Source: Amphiscolops sp. MND2022
Lineage: Eukaryota
Length of the DNA: 64,000 nucleotides
Direction: 5' to 3'
NCBI GenBank assembly: GCA_964187785.1
Contig: OZ076409.1
Location: 15,254,001 to 15,318,000 of the forward strand
In this document: positions 29,048 through 42,607 of the stretch, piece by piece
Numbering within the stretch: the first letter of the stretch is position 1
Layout of the letters: each line of letters opens with the position of its first letter
Program-made: the position numbers and the translations under genes
The notes under the pieces: model-generated
What the model was told of the DNA's origin: nothing
The model's input: only the letters and a program-made list of their open reading frames with translations
Database searches by the model: none

Positions 29048-31184
29048 GTAAATCTCACAGATAACATTTTAAAAATTTTGTCATTTCTCAATTTTATACT
29101 CAAAAGATTGAAGTACTCCCATGAATAGAAGCGCCGAAAAAATTTGATACTTAAATATCTATCTGTAAAGATAGTTGAATTTCTTAAAGTGCTTGAAATG
29201 CGCTATAAAACCCCAAAACACTAAAAATGTCGAACGTTCAGTCTTTTCCCACAGTTTCATGGACGCTTTGTACATGCACGTATGAAATTCCCAAAACAAA
29301 ACATTGAGTCCATAAGCATACTTTTCATAAACTCTGTATTGTATGCGAAAACAGAACTTTTGAATTTTTTCAATATTTTTTCTGAAATATGCAAATAATC
29401 GTTATTAAAACGATACAAAGTTACCAGAAAACGAAACACCTGCTGAGCACTGAGCTATTTTCCACCCCACAAATTAAGGGCGAAGAAAGCGAGATCCGAA
29501 ACCCAAAAGGGAAAACGTATTGCGAAGGTGAGATATACCGCCCGCCTACTTCATGGGAATACCGAAAAAAAATTCAGGCTTCAGCCCACCGTCAGTCTGC
29601 CAGGTGGACGCCCCACCCACTGGGCCACCGTGACTAGATTATCCACATACTCAAGTAACTTGACTAACTACAGTATCTGAATGGAATAATAATAGAGTGG
29701 AGATTAGCAGAAATTGGGATTGAAGTAGAGATTTGGTAGAATTTGGAAACAACGCTACAGAGATGACGATTTTCCTCCCTCTACGCAAAAAAAATATTGA
29801 GATGGTAGAGAAGAACATATTGAATTTAAAACTGGGCTTCTTGATTGGACCAAAACACAGAAGGTTATTAAAAGGCTGTGATTTTTCAATCTTCACCTGG
29901 CTAAAACCGATGTGAAAAGTTTCAGGAAAATAGGAAAAAAATCATTTTTGAATTTAGAATACAAAATACTCACGTAACAGTGTTTGATTTTTTCGCTACA
30001 ACGACATCGAACACTCCCTTTGGAAAGAACCTTACAAGTGTTTGGATCATATCAAAATCCAAGTCCCCGAGGCATTTTGTATAGCAGATTTCAGTTGCTC
30101 AAAACTCTAATGCGAGAAAACTTTAATGGTATTCTGAGTCCATATATTGATCGCAGACGTGCAGCGTTGTTTTATTCATTCCGACAGCATCACATGCAAT
30201 AACATCTTTGGAGAAGACAATTTTTCCAAACCTTTCCGGTTGTGATTACACGCCCATAAATATTACCACACGCCATTAGGTCCATCGAGAGGAAATCGTT
30301 TTTTTTTTGTTTTCGAAGGTGATGTTGTTTATGCTGATTCGGTTCAACGTTTTGTAGTTCAGCATCCGTTTTTACTATTCGAGACTGTTGTTGAAGTTTA
30401 CTTCCGTCAGGAATGATTCTTTATTGGTTTGTCGTAATATAACTTTGTCCGTGTAAAAGATTTCCAGTATGTCCTTGGATCCTTGTAGACCGTAGTAAGA
30501 CCTAATTTTTCCGATCGAAGGCAACTTACTTCTTACAAGATTGATAAAATGTGTCCTTCAGTGTTTTATCGAGCTTTTTTGGTTTTGGTCCAGCAACTCG
30601 ATTATAAGGTCAATATAGCTTTCGAAAAATTTCTTCAAATATTTGTTGATTTTTTTTCAATTTATTCCTCTTTTCATTTATTAGTGATTACGTCACATTT
30701 ATTTCTCGAAATCTACATGATGCTTCGTTCTGTCACTTTCGTGCATTCCCAAACATTTCACTTTTTCTATGCCTGACGAAAAATTTCCCATTGCGAGTTT
30801 TGTGATGGTAAAAAGCAGCAATTCTAAAAAGGTTTCTAGCAAGTTTTCACAAAACATTGCCTGACTGATAAGTGTACTTTATGCAATCATTAGACTAAAA
30901 TTTAGGATTATATTGGCTGACATTAGCAAAAACAAAGACATTTCCATAATTAGAAATGCAAAGTAGGAAATAAAGCAAACTGAAATGTAGGAATTGCTAG
31001 TTCAGGAAGTAAATACATGCCCGCTTACGAACACATGCCGAAAAAGAAAATGTTAATAGTGAAACTGATACGCAAGAAATTCATTTCTAATTGTCAACAA
31101 TATCGCTCTCAGACACATTAATCTCTCCTTACGAAAACAATCATACATTTTTAGCTGTTTCACCCAGCTTATAGCCTATAGTTT

Positions 31185-31477
31185 GTTAAACTGTGGAGTT
31201 TCGTTTTCTGCCCACATAAATGGGGGAAAAATCTTGATCTGTGATGCGTTTTTTCCAAATTGTTCCAAAACTCCACTTCATCTCCACTCCAATTAGTTAC
31301 TTGACTATTTTATAGTTACTTGTCTATTTTTCTAGTAACTTTATAATAGTCAAGTAACTAAAATAGCGCCATGGCGCAGTTGGTAGTGCTTGCGCCTGCC
31401 AGACACGAGGTTGGAACCGGGGCTGAAGCGTTACATTCTTAGCGGAAAATATCCCGAGGCTTAGCGGGCGTCTTGTT
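31185..31477 (+). mobile_element. Short element with internal tRNA-like segment and terminal hairpin
   Basis: A-box TGGCGCAGTTGG at ~31371; hairpin CCCG..CGGG then CGTCTTGTT; inverted copy at 38071-38330 and partial copy at ~16587-16620. Confidence 0.55.
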
Positions 31478-32158
31478 CTAATTGACCTGTCACTTTTCTT
31501 CCAATAACCGAAAAAAATTAACCGAAAATACTGTAACGATACCGAAGAGCTCACCTAACGTCAAAGTATTTTCCAGCTCGAATCTTACCAATTCATCCAG
31601 AACGATGGAAAAACCAGTGAGCGTGAAAAAACCATGTACAGCATTTGAACCTGTTAAACCTAATGCGGCCCATTCTTCACCTCATGCTAGATTTGCTCAA
31701 CCAGTCTTTCAAGGCAGAAGCGTGTCACTTCATTCGACTAGGAAACAGCTTTGGAACGGGGAAGAACCTCTCGAAAATAATACATCTACTCAATTTAGTC
31801 TTCCTACACAAAAGGCTAGAAAGTTTATAACGATTCTAATGTTATGCGGTTTTGATACAATTTTTGCTGTACGGGTTATTCTAACTCAATTTTGTTTCGA
31901 GTACAAAAATGGAATACAGATATTGTGAAAAGTAACAAGTTTTCATTGTAAAAGTTGACAAGAAATATGTTTGTAAATTAGTATTTCCAGCTCATTTTTC
32001 CGAAATTTTTTTTGAGATGTTCACGAGATATCTGCTTCAGAAAAGTTTCATTCCGGCACACTGGTATAAGTATGTTAAATAAATGACTCATCTCAGGAGC
32101 AAGTAATTGATAAAAGATATGTTTGTCTTTGATGAAGAAAATGATACTTTCATTTCAG

Positions 32159-35100
32159 GATGTGACTTTTTCTGATACTTCCAAAGTTTCCGTTTCTTCT
32201 AACTTCGAAAATCAAAGCCACAGCATCAACCGACGAAATGACCGACTTCTTGTTCCCATTAAAAAAGCAACCATTAGTTCATCGTTCGCAGACTGGTATT
32301 CGCCTGAAGTACTCCCAAACACCTTAAAAGAATTCCCAAAGAACTCTCCTTACTCTACTTGGAAAAGACATCTCCCAGGTCAACGTTTTTATCAATTAAA
32401 CTGTTGTTACAGCAAAATAAAGTTTCTAGAATGTGGTAAATCGTCAACTTCTTGCTCATTTTTCGTCATTTAAAAATTCAGTCACAAAAACTACTGTAAA
32501 TTTCAGTAAAACCACCAATCAGTCAGTTTTGTCAACTGCGTTTTCAAAAAAAAACATCCAAAAACCGGTTTTTGGTACTTATGACATTCGATCTTTTTGA
32601 TCTTTTTGAGATTCGATATTTTTTCTATTAGCCCACAGATCAAGTACACAAGGAGGCCACTCGAACTTTGTGAGGCGACTTTTGAATGGGTACTCAGTCG
32701 GGTTGGTATTCGATGATACGTTTCTCACCAGTCGACTCCTCTACGTTGGCGCCGACATCTCAAGACTGGAGAACTTTGCTGAAGAGTTGAACAGTGCCGA
32801 TACAGGTGATGAAAATTCACAATTCGTGTTTTTTTTGCCATGGGAGCGCCTTTTTTCGAATTGTTTCAGAAGAGAATGAGTTTTGGTGAATTGTTTTCAT
32901 GTCTATCTATGGTTTGGCTTTTGCAAGAGCTCAATAAGTATCTGTTGAATCTATTTCGTTTGAAAAATGAACAAAGTATCTCAAAGACATCAATTCTCTT
33001 GGTATTTTCAGGGTTTCTTTGAAACTTACTACTTACAAATTCAAATTCATTTCAAAAACTTAAGTGAATCGGAATTCAACCCTGGTGCATTCCAACAAGA
33101 CCATTCAAAATTGAGTACATGAGAAACGGATCAATTTAATAATCCACGTCACCAAATATCCCGTTTTAAAAATCCACACCGATTTTTTTATTTCCAACTA
33201 TTTATTTTGTTTGGGGGACTGTGAAAATATTACATTTGTTTAAGGGTACATTGGAAAAGGGGAAAAGTTCAGAAAAACTTACATCTCAATTCTCCGAAAG
33301 CAAGCCAGTCGTCTCGGCAAAGATAATGGAAGTGTACGCGTGAATGAGTTCAGGAACCGGTCCTTGGATTTGATCCGCGATTGGAATGAAGAACTGGGCC
33401 TGAGAATCCAGAAGTCTTGTCCAGTAGTCATAACCGAAGTCAAACAAGATAGTCCAGGGTGTAAAGCTGGAATACGTTAGTCAACAATCAAATTCTTTTG
33501 ATCATCATCATAATTATGTCACTGAAGTAGACCAAAAAGTGTTTCAACAGAAGTTCCATAAAAAGTTTCAGGATCAACTTTTACGCGAACCATTAGAATG
33601 TTCGCGAGACATCCATGCATGGAATCTCTGTTTTTCAAGAAAAGTTTTGAAAACCATAAAAAGCCAAGTTTTTGCGCTCCGCATAGTAAGAAAACCACTC
33701 AAAAACTTCTGAAAAGTAAATTTAAGCCTTCTCTTAAAATGGGGGGTGGGGTTTGGAAACAATGTTTGTTGATGCTTGAACTAGATTTTTTTTCAATACT
33801 GTGGAAAAACACTGTCAAGAAATTTAATTAGGATGCAAATGAGGCTATTTCAAATAGTTTGGAAAAAGTAGTAATCGGATTTTAGATGTTGGTGACATGA
33901 TTGCTGTGATTAACAACGAGGATGTATGGCGAGAACCTCATGGTTATGTTGCGCAATTATTACGTAACAAAGGCAACATGTCTGTGGTTGTGAGCTCGCC
34001 CGTGTCTTATGCCCTGAACAACGACTGCAAGCAGATGGTTTTAGAGTCGGGCTATTTGTTCAAACACGACTCGGAGTTCGGCTGGCTCCGGTGGTACTGT
34101 GTGCTCAAAAGAGACGCTAATCTCTACACTTACAGGTAATTCGTTCCTGCAATTGACCTCCAATGTTGACCTGAAAAATTGACCTCAAATGTTGACCTGA
34201 AAGGGGGACCTCAAATGTTGACCTGAATGAAAAGTTGACTTCAAATGTTGACCTGAAAGCTCTCCGTGAACTTCAAAAGCCTAAACAAATCTGATAATGG
34301 ACATCGAAGTATTGTCTTCTCGAAATAATAATCCATGAATCATGTTATTTCTTAAAAGGTGTCGTGTTTAGTGTTCTTCAAGTCGTTAAGGTTTACAGAT
34401 CTAAAACTAGCTCAGAAAGTTTTTTGATGCAAAACATCGGTTTAAAAAATCTTTTTCTCTGAAACAATTTTCGTTCCTACTTTCATTTGTAAGTGTGAAA
34501 AAAAACGAATATTTGCTAGAATAAAAAAACGCAGCGTTTGTTTTTTTTCGTTCACCAATGGAACAAAGCTTCTTTTTATTTTGACTTTATCCAGAACGGC
34601 TTCTGAGCTGATACCTTCCGGAGTTGTATCTGTGACCGGATGCCTGATAGAGCGGTGTCCAGATGCCAACAAGCCCTTCAGCTTCCAGATAATTGATACC
34701 AACAACTTACTCACCGTCAGCTCATTCTATGCATCCATTGATGAAGACTTCGATCGGTGGATTTCAAAATTGAATCTTGTTTCCAAAAAAAGCTCTCCCA
34801 ACAATCTTTGGCTCAGCGTTTTCAAGTTCGAGCTTGCCACACCTGCAGGTATGACAGAAGTTTCCATTGAAATTTTCATTTGAATACTCAAAATACTAAA
34901 AATATAAGGAAAAATTTTTTGAAAAAATAAAAGTGTATAACTTTATTCATAGCCTGTTTGTGTCTACAGCGTGATGTAGTGGCTAGAGCATTCGGTCTGT
35001 ACTGGGGCGGTAGCAGGTTCGAATCTCTCTCAACTCGCCATTGTTGGGCCTTAAGCAAGTCATTCATCCCTGGCTTAGTGGCATGGTTACGACAAAAAAC

Positions 35101-36195
35101 TCAATCTGCGGAGAAAAGCAAAATTGAAAAAAGCAGCAGTGAGCAGTCAGACCTTTGTGACCTTTTGAGCATGTCACTTTGAAACAACAGCTTCAAGTCG
35201 ACAATTGCTTGACCACTTGGCTGCAAATATGCTACCCATAGCTTGTTGCTATGGGGCGATCGCATCCGAAATGGTGCAGACTTGAAAAATCAGAACGGCT
35301 TATTCGGCATCCATTTCGCGGAATTGTGGGAAAAACTTCCTTTTTCTATCTCCAGTTTTTAAAAAATCTTCTAATTGGAAGAAATAATTGGATCATATTT
35401 CCTATTCCCCCTGGGGTGCACCTTGTTTCGAATTTCCCCCGAAAACATATTTAATTCTTGAAGAAAAATATCTCACAAATAAAAGAATTTTATATGAATG
35501 TAAATACTTAGATAGTCTATACAGCTGTTTTGACAGTTCCAGCAAAAATTGACCCTAATTTTTTGATAGTATTTTCTGAATTTCCAGCAAAAATTCACCC
35601 TTGAGACAAGCTGAAATTGTATAAAAAGGCGCCTTTTTCAAAACAACTTTTCTACTCAACAAAATAACTTTAGCACCTTTAACTGTGAATTAATGTAAAA
35701 GATAGAATTATGTCGACATCGATTATTTTATTGGGCCACATTTCAACTCATATGACGTCGACGTAAAGGAATTTGAACCTTGTTTCTTATTTCCCGCAGT
35801 CGCTTGGGGGGGGGATGAGACACATAGTCCAAACAATTAATAGAGTCGTTTTAGGTCACATTTTGGACGCCGAATGCAGCGGATTTCTGAGCATCAGTTT
35901 GAGCGATAATGAAGGCATCATTTTCCCAGATCGCCGATGGTACTGCTTCTTGAAAGACGGAGCTCTTTATTTCTATGAGAAGATAGACGCAGTGAGCAGC
36001 ATTGGAGCTCTTCTGATTCACAACTACAAAATTACTAACGAAGCGGACGACTTTAGCGCAATCTTAATTTCAACCCTGCCCAAAAGTCATCCAACTCTTG
36101 TTCTGAAGTTTTGCTCAGCCAGTGAAAAATACAGATGGACTTCGGCCATTCATCACTCACTTCAGCTGTGGATGAACTTGGAAGAATTTAATTAA
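32159..36195 (+). CDS. Spliced PDZ + tandem PH domain protein (PDZPH1-like), 3' part; exons 32159-32435, 32632-32805, 33245-33475, 33886-34135, 34595-34848, 35855-36195
   Basis: All five junctions are GT-AG with matching phases (1,1,1,2,1). PDZ: ELGLRIQKSCPVVITEVKQDSPGCKAGIHVGDMIAVIN. PH1: SGYLFK..WYCVLK..FSFQI..RWISKL. PH2: SGFL..RWYCFLKDGALYFY..RWTSAI. Stop at 36195. Confidence 0.85.
34152..34258. repeat. Intronic minisatellite, ~27-bp unit (TTGACCTCAAATGTTGACCTGAAAA)
   Basis: About four imperfect tandem copies visible. Confidence 0.8.
34968..35110 (+). mobile_element. tRNA-derived SINE remnant (intronic)
   Basis: A-box TGATGTAGTGG, B-box GGTTCGAATCT, then CCTTAAGCAAGTCA resembling the CORE-type SINE motif. 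Confidence 0.5.
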
Positions 36196-36899
36196 ATTTT
36201 TATAACTTTTGACAAAAAATCGGGGCTCAAACTGACCCTTTTTAAGTTTTTGTTCTGAAATTCCTTTCTGATTGTAAATATCATCGAAAGTTATTGGGGA
36301 ATCAATATTCACATTTGAGTGCTGAGTGAAATTTTGGGTGTCATAAATTATGAAACTGCTTCTATGAATTTGTTCGAAATTCAAGGCTAAATGTGGGCTA
36401 CATGTGGAGGATGTTTCAAAAAGATGCCAAATTTTTGAATGTTTTCGCTAAAACTATTCTTTTTAGGCCCATAGAGTTTCCTTTTGGGTTTTTCATAACT
36501 GCAATTTTTATCCGAATATTTTGGTGTTCCTCCAAAAGGTCGTCTTTTAAAAAAATTCCCAACATTACCTAAAAAATGTCCTTTTAAGCCCAAAGGATTT
36601 CTTTAATCACTGAGACTTTTCAGAACTTGATTAAAACAGCCTTTCAGCATATTTGATAGTTGTAAAAACGCTCTTTCAGCCCAAAGGGTCCTGTTTTGAG
36701 GTTTTTGACACTAAGACTGCGAGTTTTATCGAATTTTTTAAACGTTCCAAAGAACTTGCTAAGATTAGCTTTTAGCCAGGCACCAATCTATTCCGTTTCC
36801 TTCAGCTTGTATAGCGACCCGGGACTGCATCCAATCGCAGTCCACCGGTAGCTACCGAAAGTTCCACCGGTACAACATCAATATCAAGATGGGGTTGGC

Positions 36900-38630
36900 A
36901 TTCAATCACTGTCCGATTTTAGGCATTATTCCACCAGAATACAGTGATTTTAGATCTTTAACGAAAACTCATAACATCCTACCTATGAAGCGGTTTCAGG
37001 AAACACGGTCTTCAATCTTCAATCAGGTAATGGAGCCACTCCATCCGAGAGAGAACACAAAACTCAAAGATGATTTTGATTAATAATAATAAATTTAATA
37101 AAAAAACTAAAAGTAATAGAATAGGCGGATGATATAACAGGAGCAATCAAAACTACTTGAATCAACCGATTGCTAAAAATGTTCGAAATTTTTCTAAGCA
37201 CCGAAAGTACTGGCAATCCATCTGAGATCTTAACAATCGAGAACAATCCCAAATACTGAAGAGAACGAAGAGATCAACCCAAAAGAGAACTACGGACCCA
37301 GAAACAAGGAATGAAATATCGAAAACAAACAACTAAATATCAAAATTCAATATTAAACACACTTCATTCTGAGCCGGAGCAATTAACATTGCAGCTAAGG
37401 CACTTCACAAAACTTGAAATGTCTCGAAAAAATTAAATTCCAAAATTTTAGATAAGTTCTGGCTACAAAAAATATATTGTTAGCCAAGACGAAACACACA
37501 CCAAACAAAGATGGTGGAATAGGTTTAAAAAACTTGAGCAAAGCAGTCTGAGTGGCTAAGATACTAACCTTAGCGAACGAACCTGAAAAAATTTTCAGAA
37601 ATCGAAATAGTTCAAAATGATGACAAATGACTTGACAAAAGACAATGAATAGAGATAATGCGATCATTTTCCATTATTTTTTACATTCCAAAACCTTTCG
37701 GCAAATATTTACACGAAGTCAAAAGAAGTGTATGATTTCCTACACTCTAGCCTGACAAGCATATCGTGCATTCTAAGGATAGTCAAAACTGCTCTTTGCA
37801 AAATATTGACACGAACATTCTAGATTTAAATGTCAGAAAGTTTTGGGAAAAAAGTCAAATCCAGTCCTTTGTTAAAAATTATATCTATCTCTTAATCATG
37901 AACGCGTACTTTGATAAACAAGAAAAGTGGTTCCAAAACTTGGTACCTCATCTAATTGCTTTGCATGTGAAATCGAAATTGAAAGTTGCAACATCTTTTC
38001 TTTGGTTGTGAAAAATATCAAAACACCAAGAAATTTCTCAACATACGAAATTGTCAAGACATGGTTGAAAAACAAGACGACCGCTTAGCAACGGGATATT
38101 TTCCGCTATCAAAAATGTAACGCTCCATTCCGGGTTCGAAGCCATGATCTCGTGCTTGGCAGGCAGACGCACTACTAACTGTGCCACGTTGACTAGTTTA
38201 TTGTTTTACTAAATGGAGTACAAAAAACTGAAGATTTGGCAGAATTTGTAAAAAAATAACCCATCACAGATCATGATTTTACTCCCCCATTCATGTGGCC
38301 GGAAAATAAAACCTCGCTAGCACAGAAACTAGTTGTAGCGCTACTTCTTCCATCGTGGTCGGAATATGAAGGAAAACATTTTTATAAAATATCAAAGCTC
38401 GATGCCAAGTTTAAATATCGACCGCTAACTTCACATAAATGGATGTTGTTATTCCTTTCAATTAGTTTTATTCATTCTTCTAGTTGTCATTCTTTTTGTT
38501 TTTATAATCTTCGAAAAACTTACCAACAATGAACAACCAGTACGTATCACATATTGTAACAATGCTAATTTATATAGCTCAGTGAAAAATATTTTTGATG
38601 TTTCAATAACTGGTAAATAACTTAAATATA
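36900..38630 (+). mobile_element. 5'-truncated, decayed L1/Tx1-like LINE (ORF2 remnant); 3' end abuts SL exon nt 1
   Basis: FNQVMEPL (37018-37041), (Y>stop)ADDIT (37122-37139), thumb DGGIGLKNL (~37510-37536) and zf-RVT-like CFACEIEIES..HLFFGC (37957-38009); interrupted by a short element at 38071-38330. The 5' boundary is approximate. Confidence 0.75.
38071..38330 (-). mobile_element. Short tRNA-like-containing element nested in the LINE remnant
   Basis: Reverse-complement copy of 31185-31477. Confidence 0.55.
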
Positions 38631-38745
38631 AGCCTAATTGTTGCGATGAACGTAATAATTAGGTAAGTTTTGATTGCTTGCATTTGAAAGCCGACTGTGA
38701 AAGTGGTCTGCTGTCCAATATTTGAACAAGGAACAAGCCAATCTG
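38631..38745 (+). ncRNA. Putative SL RNA gene copy (degenerate)
   Basis: 32-nt exon 38631-38662 followed by GTAAGT, stem-loop GACTGTGAAAGTGGTC, degenerate Sm site AATATTTGA. Confidence 0.7.
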
Positions 38746-38846
38746 CACAAACCTAAAAATTAGCGTACTTTGACAGAACATTACTTCATTATTCTGTACG
38801 TACTATAGTTGTTAGGCGCAGAAAGCTACCTGATTCTACAGTGATC

Positions 38847-38965
38847 AGCTACAACCTTACCATGTTGAATGCACCGTATTTCGTCCGATCACCGAAGTTG
38901 AACAACATAGGGCCTGGTTAGTACTTGGATGGGAGACTGCTTGGGACCACGAGATGTAGTAGCCT
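38847..38965 (+). rRNA. 5S rRNA, diverged copy, probably a pseudogene
   Basis: CGATCACCGAAGTT, GGTTAGTACTTGGATGGGAGAC and oligo-T terminator; several substitutions relative to 63764-63882. Confidence 0.9.
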
Positions 38966-39090
38966 TTTTGTAAAAAAAACGTGGTTTAACTTTGGTGACA
39001 GTTTTGCAAAGTGGGTCAATTTGAAAAGATAGCGAAAAGCAGACAACGCAGTCAAAAGTATCGTGCTCCAAGAAAAGTATCTTTGCTTTC

Positions 39091-39215
39091 AGCCTAATTG
39101 TTCTGATATACCTATTGAATAGGTAAGTGTTTCAACCCTATTGATGAGTTTTATTTGAAAGCAGACTGCGAAAGAGGTCTGTTGCACAGTTTTTGAACAA
39201 GGAACAAACTAGTCT
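39091..39215 (+). ncRNA. Putative SL RNA gene copy (degenerate)
   Basis: Exon 39091-39122, GTAAGT donor inside stem AATAGG/CCTATT, stem GCAGAC..GTCTGT, Sm-like AGTTTTTGA at 39188. Confidence 0.72.
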
Positions 39216-39316
39216 GCACTAACTTAAACTTTACGCGTACTTTGACAACATGTTTTAATACTTGTGTACGTAATAATGTGGTTAGGCATAAGAAGCTACT
39301 CGATTCTACAGTGATC

Positions 39317-39402
39317 GGCTACGACCATACCATGTTGAATGCACCGGTTCGTGTCCGATCACCGAAGGTACACAACATAGGGCGTGGTTAGTACTTCGAT
39401 GG
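39317..39402 (+). pseudogene. 3'-deleted 5S rRNA copy
   Basis: 5S sequence breaks off after GGTTAGTACTTCGATGG. Confidence 0.85.
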
Positions 39403-39972
39403 CGCCATTTGTATCAAAAACGTGGCTTAACTTCGGTGACAAATTTGCAAAGTGAGTCAATATGAAAAGATAGCAAAAATCAGACGAAGCCGTTAAAAAG
39501 AACGTCCAAAAAAACAATTATGCTGGAGTTTCGGCCACCATCAACTGAATAATCAATGAGTCGAGGCATTTTTTCATTTTGTCATTAAATGTGGATTAAC
39601 GTCAGTGACAGCTTTGCAAAAAGAGTCGAAAGTGAAAGATAACAAAAACTAGACAACTCCATTGGAAGGAAGGCCTTGAATTACCCCTAAAAGGTTTTTT
39701 ATACTCCAGGGTGGCTGTTTGATAGTACAATAGTTTTCATTTTTACTCAAACCCACCTAATTTATTCAGTGAAAATTTTTGTAATTTAGACAAACTTTTG
39801 TTTTTTTATTGTTTTTTTTCTAATCTTTTTAGTCATGATTTTAGTCAAACGTTTGAAACGTTGCCGTTCATCAAGAAATGTCTCTCAAAACAAGTTGTTG
39901 ACTGGTAATGGTGGATTAGTTATATTATTTAGTTAGTCAGTTATTTTTGCCTTTACCCTAATTGTTGTGATA

Positions 39973-42337
39973 CACAAGGCGCTATGCTGTCAAAGTGAAT
40001 TCTCTCCAATCTCTTGCTTTTGTGTGAATTTTGCATTGAACGAATTGAAACAAATTATGCTCAAATTGCTACTGAAAAACCACCAAAAAAGCAAATTTCT
40101 AACCACTTTTTGTTAAGTTTGTCTTACGAATTGCCGAAGAACCTTGAAAGATTGTAAATTAGTTAACCAACACGGAGAAAAGTGTTGAAGTTACCATATA
40201 CAAATACCCTAGTTGAGACTGCTTGAACTTCTTACATGCTGCAGGACTGCACGCAGGGTAATTTTTTATAAAACCTGGAAAATTCAGGAAGCATCCGGCG
40301 GTAAATCTTGTAGAATTAGACTGCATTTTCCACTACTGCAATTAAATTTGAAAATATTTCCCGCTTCTTTTCGGATAAGATCACGTTGTATTCACATTTC
40401 ATTATCTCAACTACTCATCTGATTTAATCACCGCTTCTCAAATAGAACACTGAAGATGACGCTAGTTTGTTATTTACATTGTGAATGAAGTTATTTTGCA
40501 TTAAAATGTCGGCAAAATTTTTGACGTCTCAGCTGCATTTAAAATTAGAACTGATGCATAATAAAAGTTGCAGAACTTAACGACCGGAAATTGCCGCCAA
40601 AACTTTGATGATTCGTTCAAGCAGCTTGAGAAAAGTTGATGACAACAGGGAAATAGTAACGCATTAAAGTCTCCGTAGGAGTTTTAGAAAATCATTTAAA
40701 AAGTTGGTGGCAACTTTGAAGAACATGTAAAAAGTTCAAGCAAGTTCAACAAGGGTATACAACCCTCAGAACAAAAAAGGAAATTCAAATTTCTCTAACT
40801 GTTTTTGCCCTGCCTATCTTCGAAAACAAGCCCAAACATTATTATCGAGCGGCATTACCATGGCGGGAAAAACAATTACTCCTTACTCAATTTACGACAT
40901 TTGCAAAACTGAAGCGGGTTACCCCAAAAAGTTGAGAGTGTCTTTCCGAAATTTACCATATTTCTTACCAAGAGGAAAGATACTTCAATCCTAATTTCAT
41001 TCAATTTGAAAAAAATTTCATCAGAAACATCGCTTTCCAAATAGAGGCCGTTTCTTACAGGAATTGCCAGAGCAGAAGGAATTATTGGCACATTGGATGA
41101 AAAAAAAACGATTGAAAGAATGGGCTAAAAATGCAATCTTACTAATATTTGACAGCAATGATGCATTTTTCCAATGCCACTGACCAGCTTCACAATCAAA
41201 CAGAGGCTAGATAGCAATTACGAAGCAGACATTTTTTCCCAGCAAAGATGCACTGAACAAAGAAAAGTCAGAAAATGCCAACGTTGTTGCCGAGAAAAGT
41301 GCCCCAGAATATGTAATAGAAGTGGTGACAGGAAATGCCCAATGTGAAATAAATTTCAAGAAAATGCAGACACAAAAGGCGACCTGGCTCCAATTATTCA
41401 GTGTGATAAAAAAAACAGCAATACAAAGGAGGATAAGGAGACAGAACCTGCCAAGAAAGCAAAACAATCTGAAAAACCAGCATACTATGTAGACAGTATC
41501 AAACGAAAAATCTTTGGTGAAGACGACACGATCAAAGCGTACCCTGAAGCTCAAAACTTGATAGATGAAAGACATAATATCAGAATTGAAGAAGACAACC
41601 AAAAATCAACGAACGAAGTGCTCTATGTAGAGCAGTTATCTATTGAAGGACACGAAACTTTGTTTGAAAACTGTACAGTTTGTTATGATGAAACTTTCAT
41701 TGAATCATAATAAATTAGAATTGAAGAACAAGTGTTCTGCTGTTTTAAATGACGAGAGGCTCACTCTCATTGCTGCTAACATTCATGATGATATCAAGAA
41801 AGTTTATACGCTTCCGACCTGAAAAAAGCACATTTTTAAAACTTTCAAATCCAAGTTTTTCATACGTGTAAAATAGTGCCATACCTCTTAATGAGGTGGT
41901 ACAGTGCACGCAAACTTACCACCATAGTACAAACTTTTGCCATTTGTACTATGAGTGAAACGTAAAAAAATTTCAAAATGTTTTTGAGACAAAACTACGT
42001 TATTTGAACCGCAGACCCTTATTGCACATGAATTTTAATGTACTGTTCCCATTTTCTGGAAGTCTCTTGAACAGCATTCAACGCTCTTAAAACAAGGAAA
42101 ACTTCGAACTCTAGAACTATCTCCTTCCAGGAGCTTTCCAAGAAAAAAATTTGTTTCTTCCTTCATATAAATACATCAAAATCATTCAGCAACCAAGCAT
42201 CTGATACTACCACTTTATGCATTTACTCAATTCATTGAATACATCATAATGCAGTGCTATTTACCACCTGTTAAACTTTATACTTACTATAAAAACTCTT
42301 GATTTATAAAGGCAAATTTTCAATTTACTCCATTAAA
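39973..42337 (+). mobile_element. ORF1-only (HAL1-like) non-LTR element inserted in the SL exon
   Basis: Flanked by 18-bp direct repeats of SL nt 1-18 (39955-39972, 42338-42355); decayed ORF1/RRM-like text LLSSGITMAGKTITP...LRVSFRNLP (~40840-40960); no RT motif seen. Confidence 0.65.
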
Positions 42338-42440
42338 AGCCCAATTGTTGTGATAAACTTAATATGTAGGTAAGTATTCTAATCATATTGATAACTTTCA
42401 TCTCAAAGAAGACTGCGAAAGTAACAAGCTAGTCTGCACT
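42338..42440 (+). pseudogene. SL RNA copy with the Sm region deleted
   Basis: Exon 42338-42369 and GTAAGT present; Sm-site segment missing. Confidence 0.65.
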
Positions 42441-42538
42441 AACCTAAAAGTTACGCTTATTTCGACCGCGAAAATTTTCGTAACATTGTAGGTACCTTTG
42501 TTGTTAAGCAAGAAAAGCTACTTGATTCCACAGTGCTC

Positions 42539-42607
42539 GGCTACGACCATACCATGTTGAATGCAACGGTTCACGATCAACCACCGAAGTCAAACAACAT
42601 AGGGTCT
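42539..42607 (+). pseudogene. 5' part of a 5S rRNA gene split by BEL/Pao insertion
   Basis: 5S nt ~1-69; continues at 50953. Confidence 0.88.

Noticed and set aside
35773..35854. Alternative acceptor at 35799 or ORF start at 35773 for the last PH exon
   Set aside because: Splicing there from the phase-1 donor hits an early stop; the acceptor at 35854 keeps the frame.
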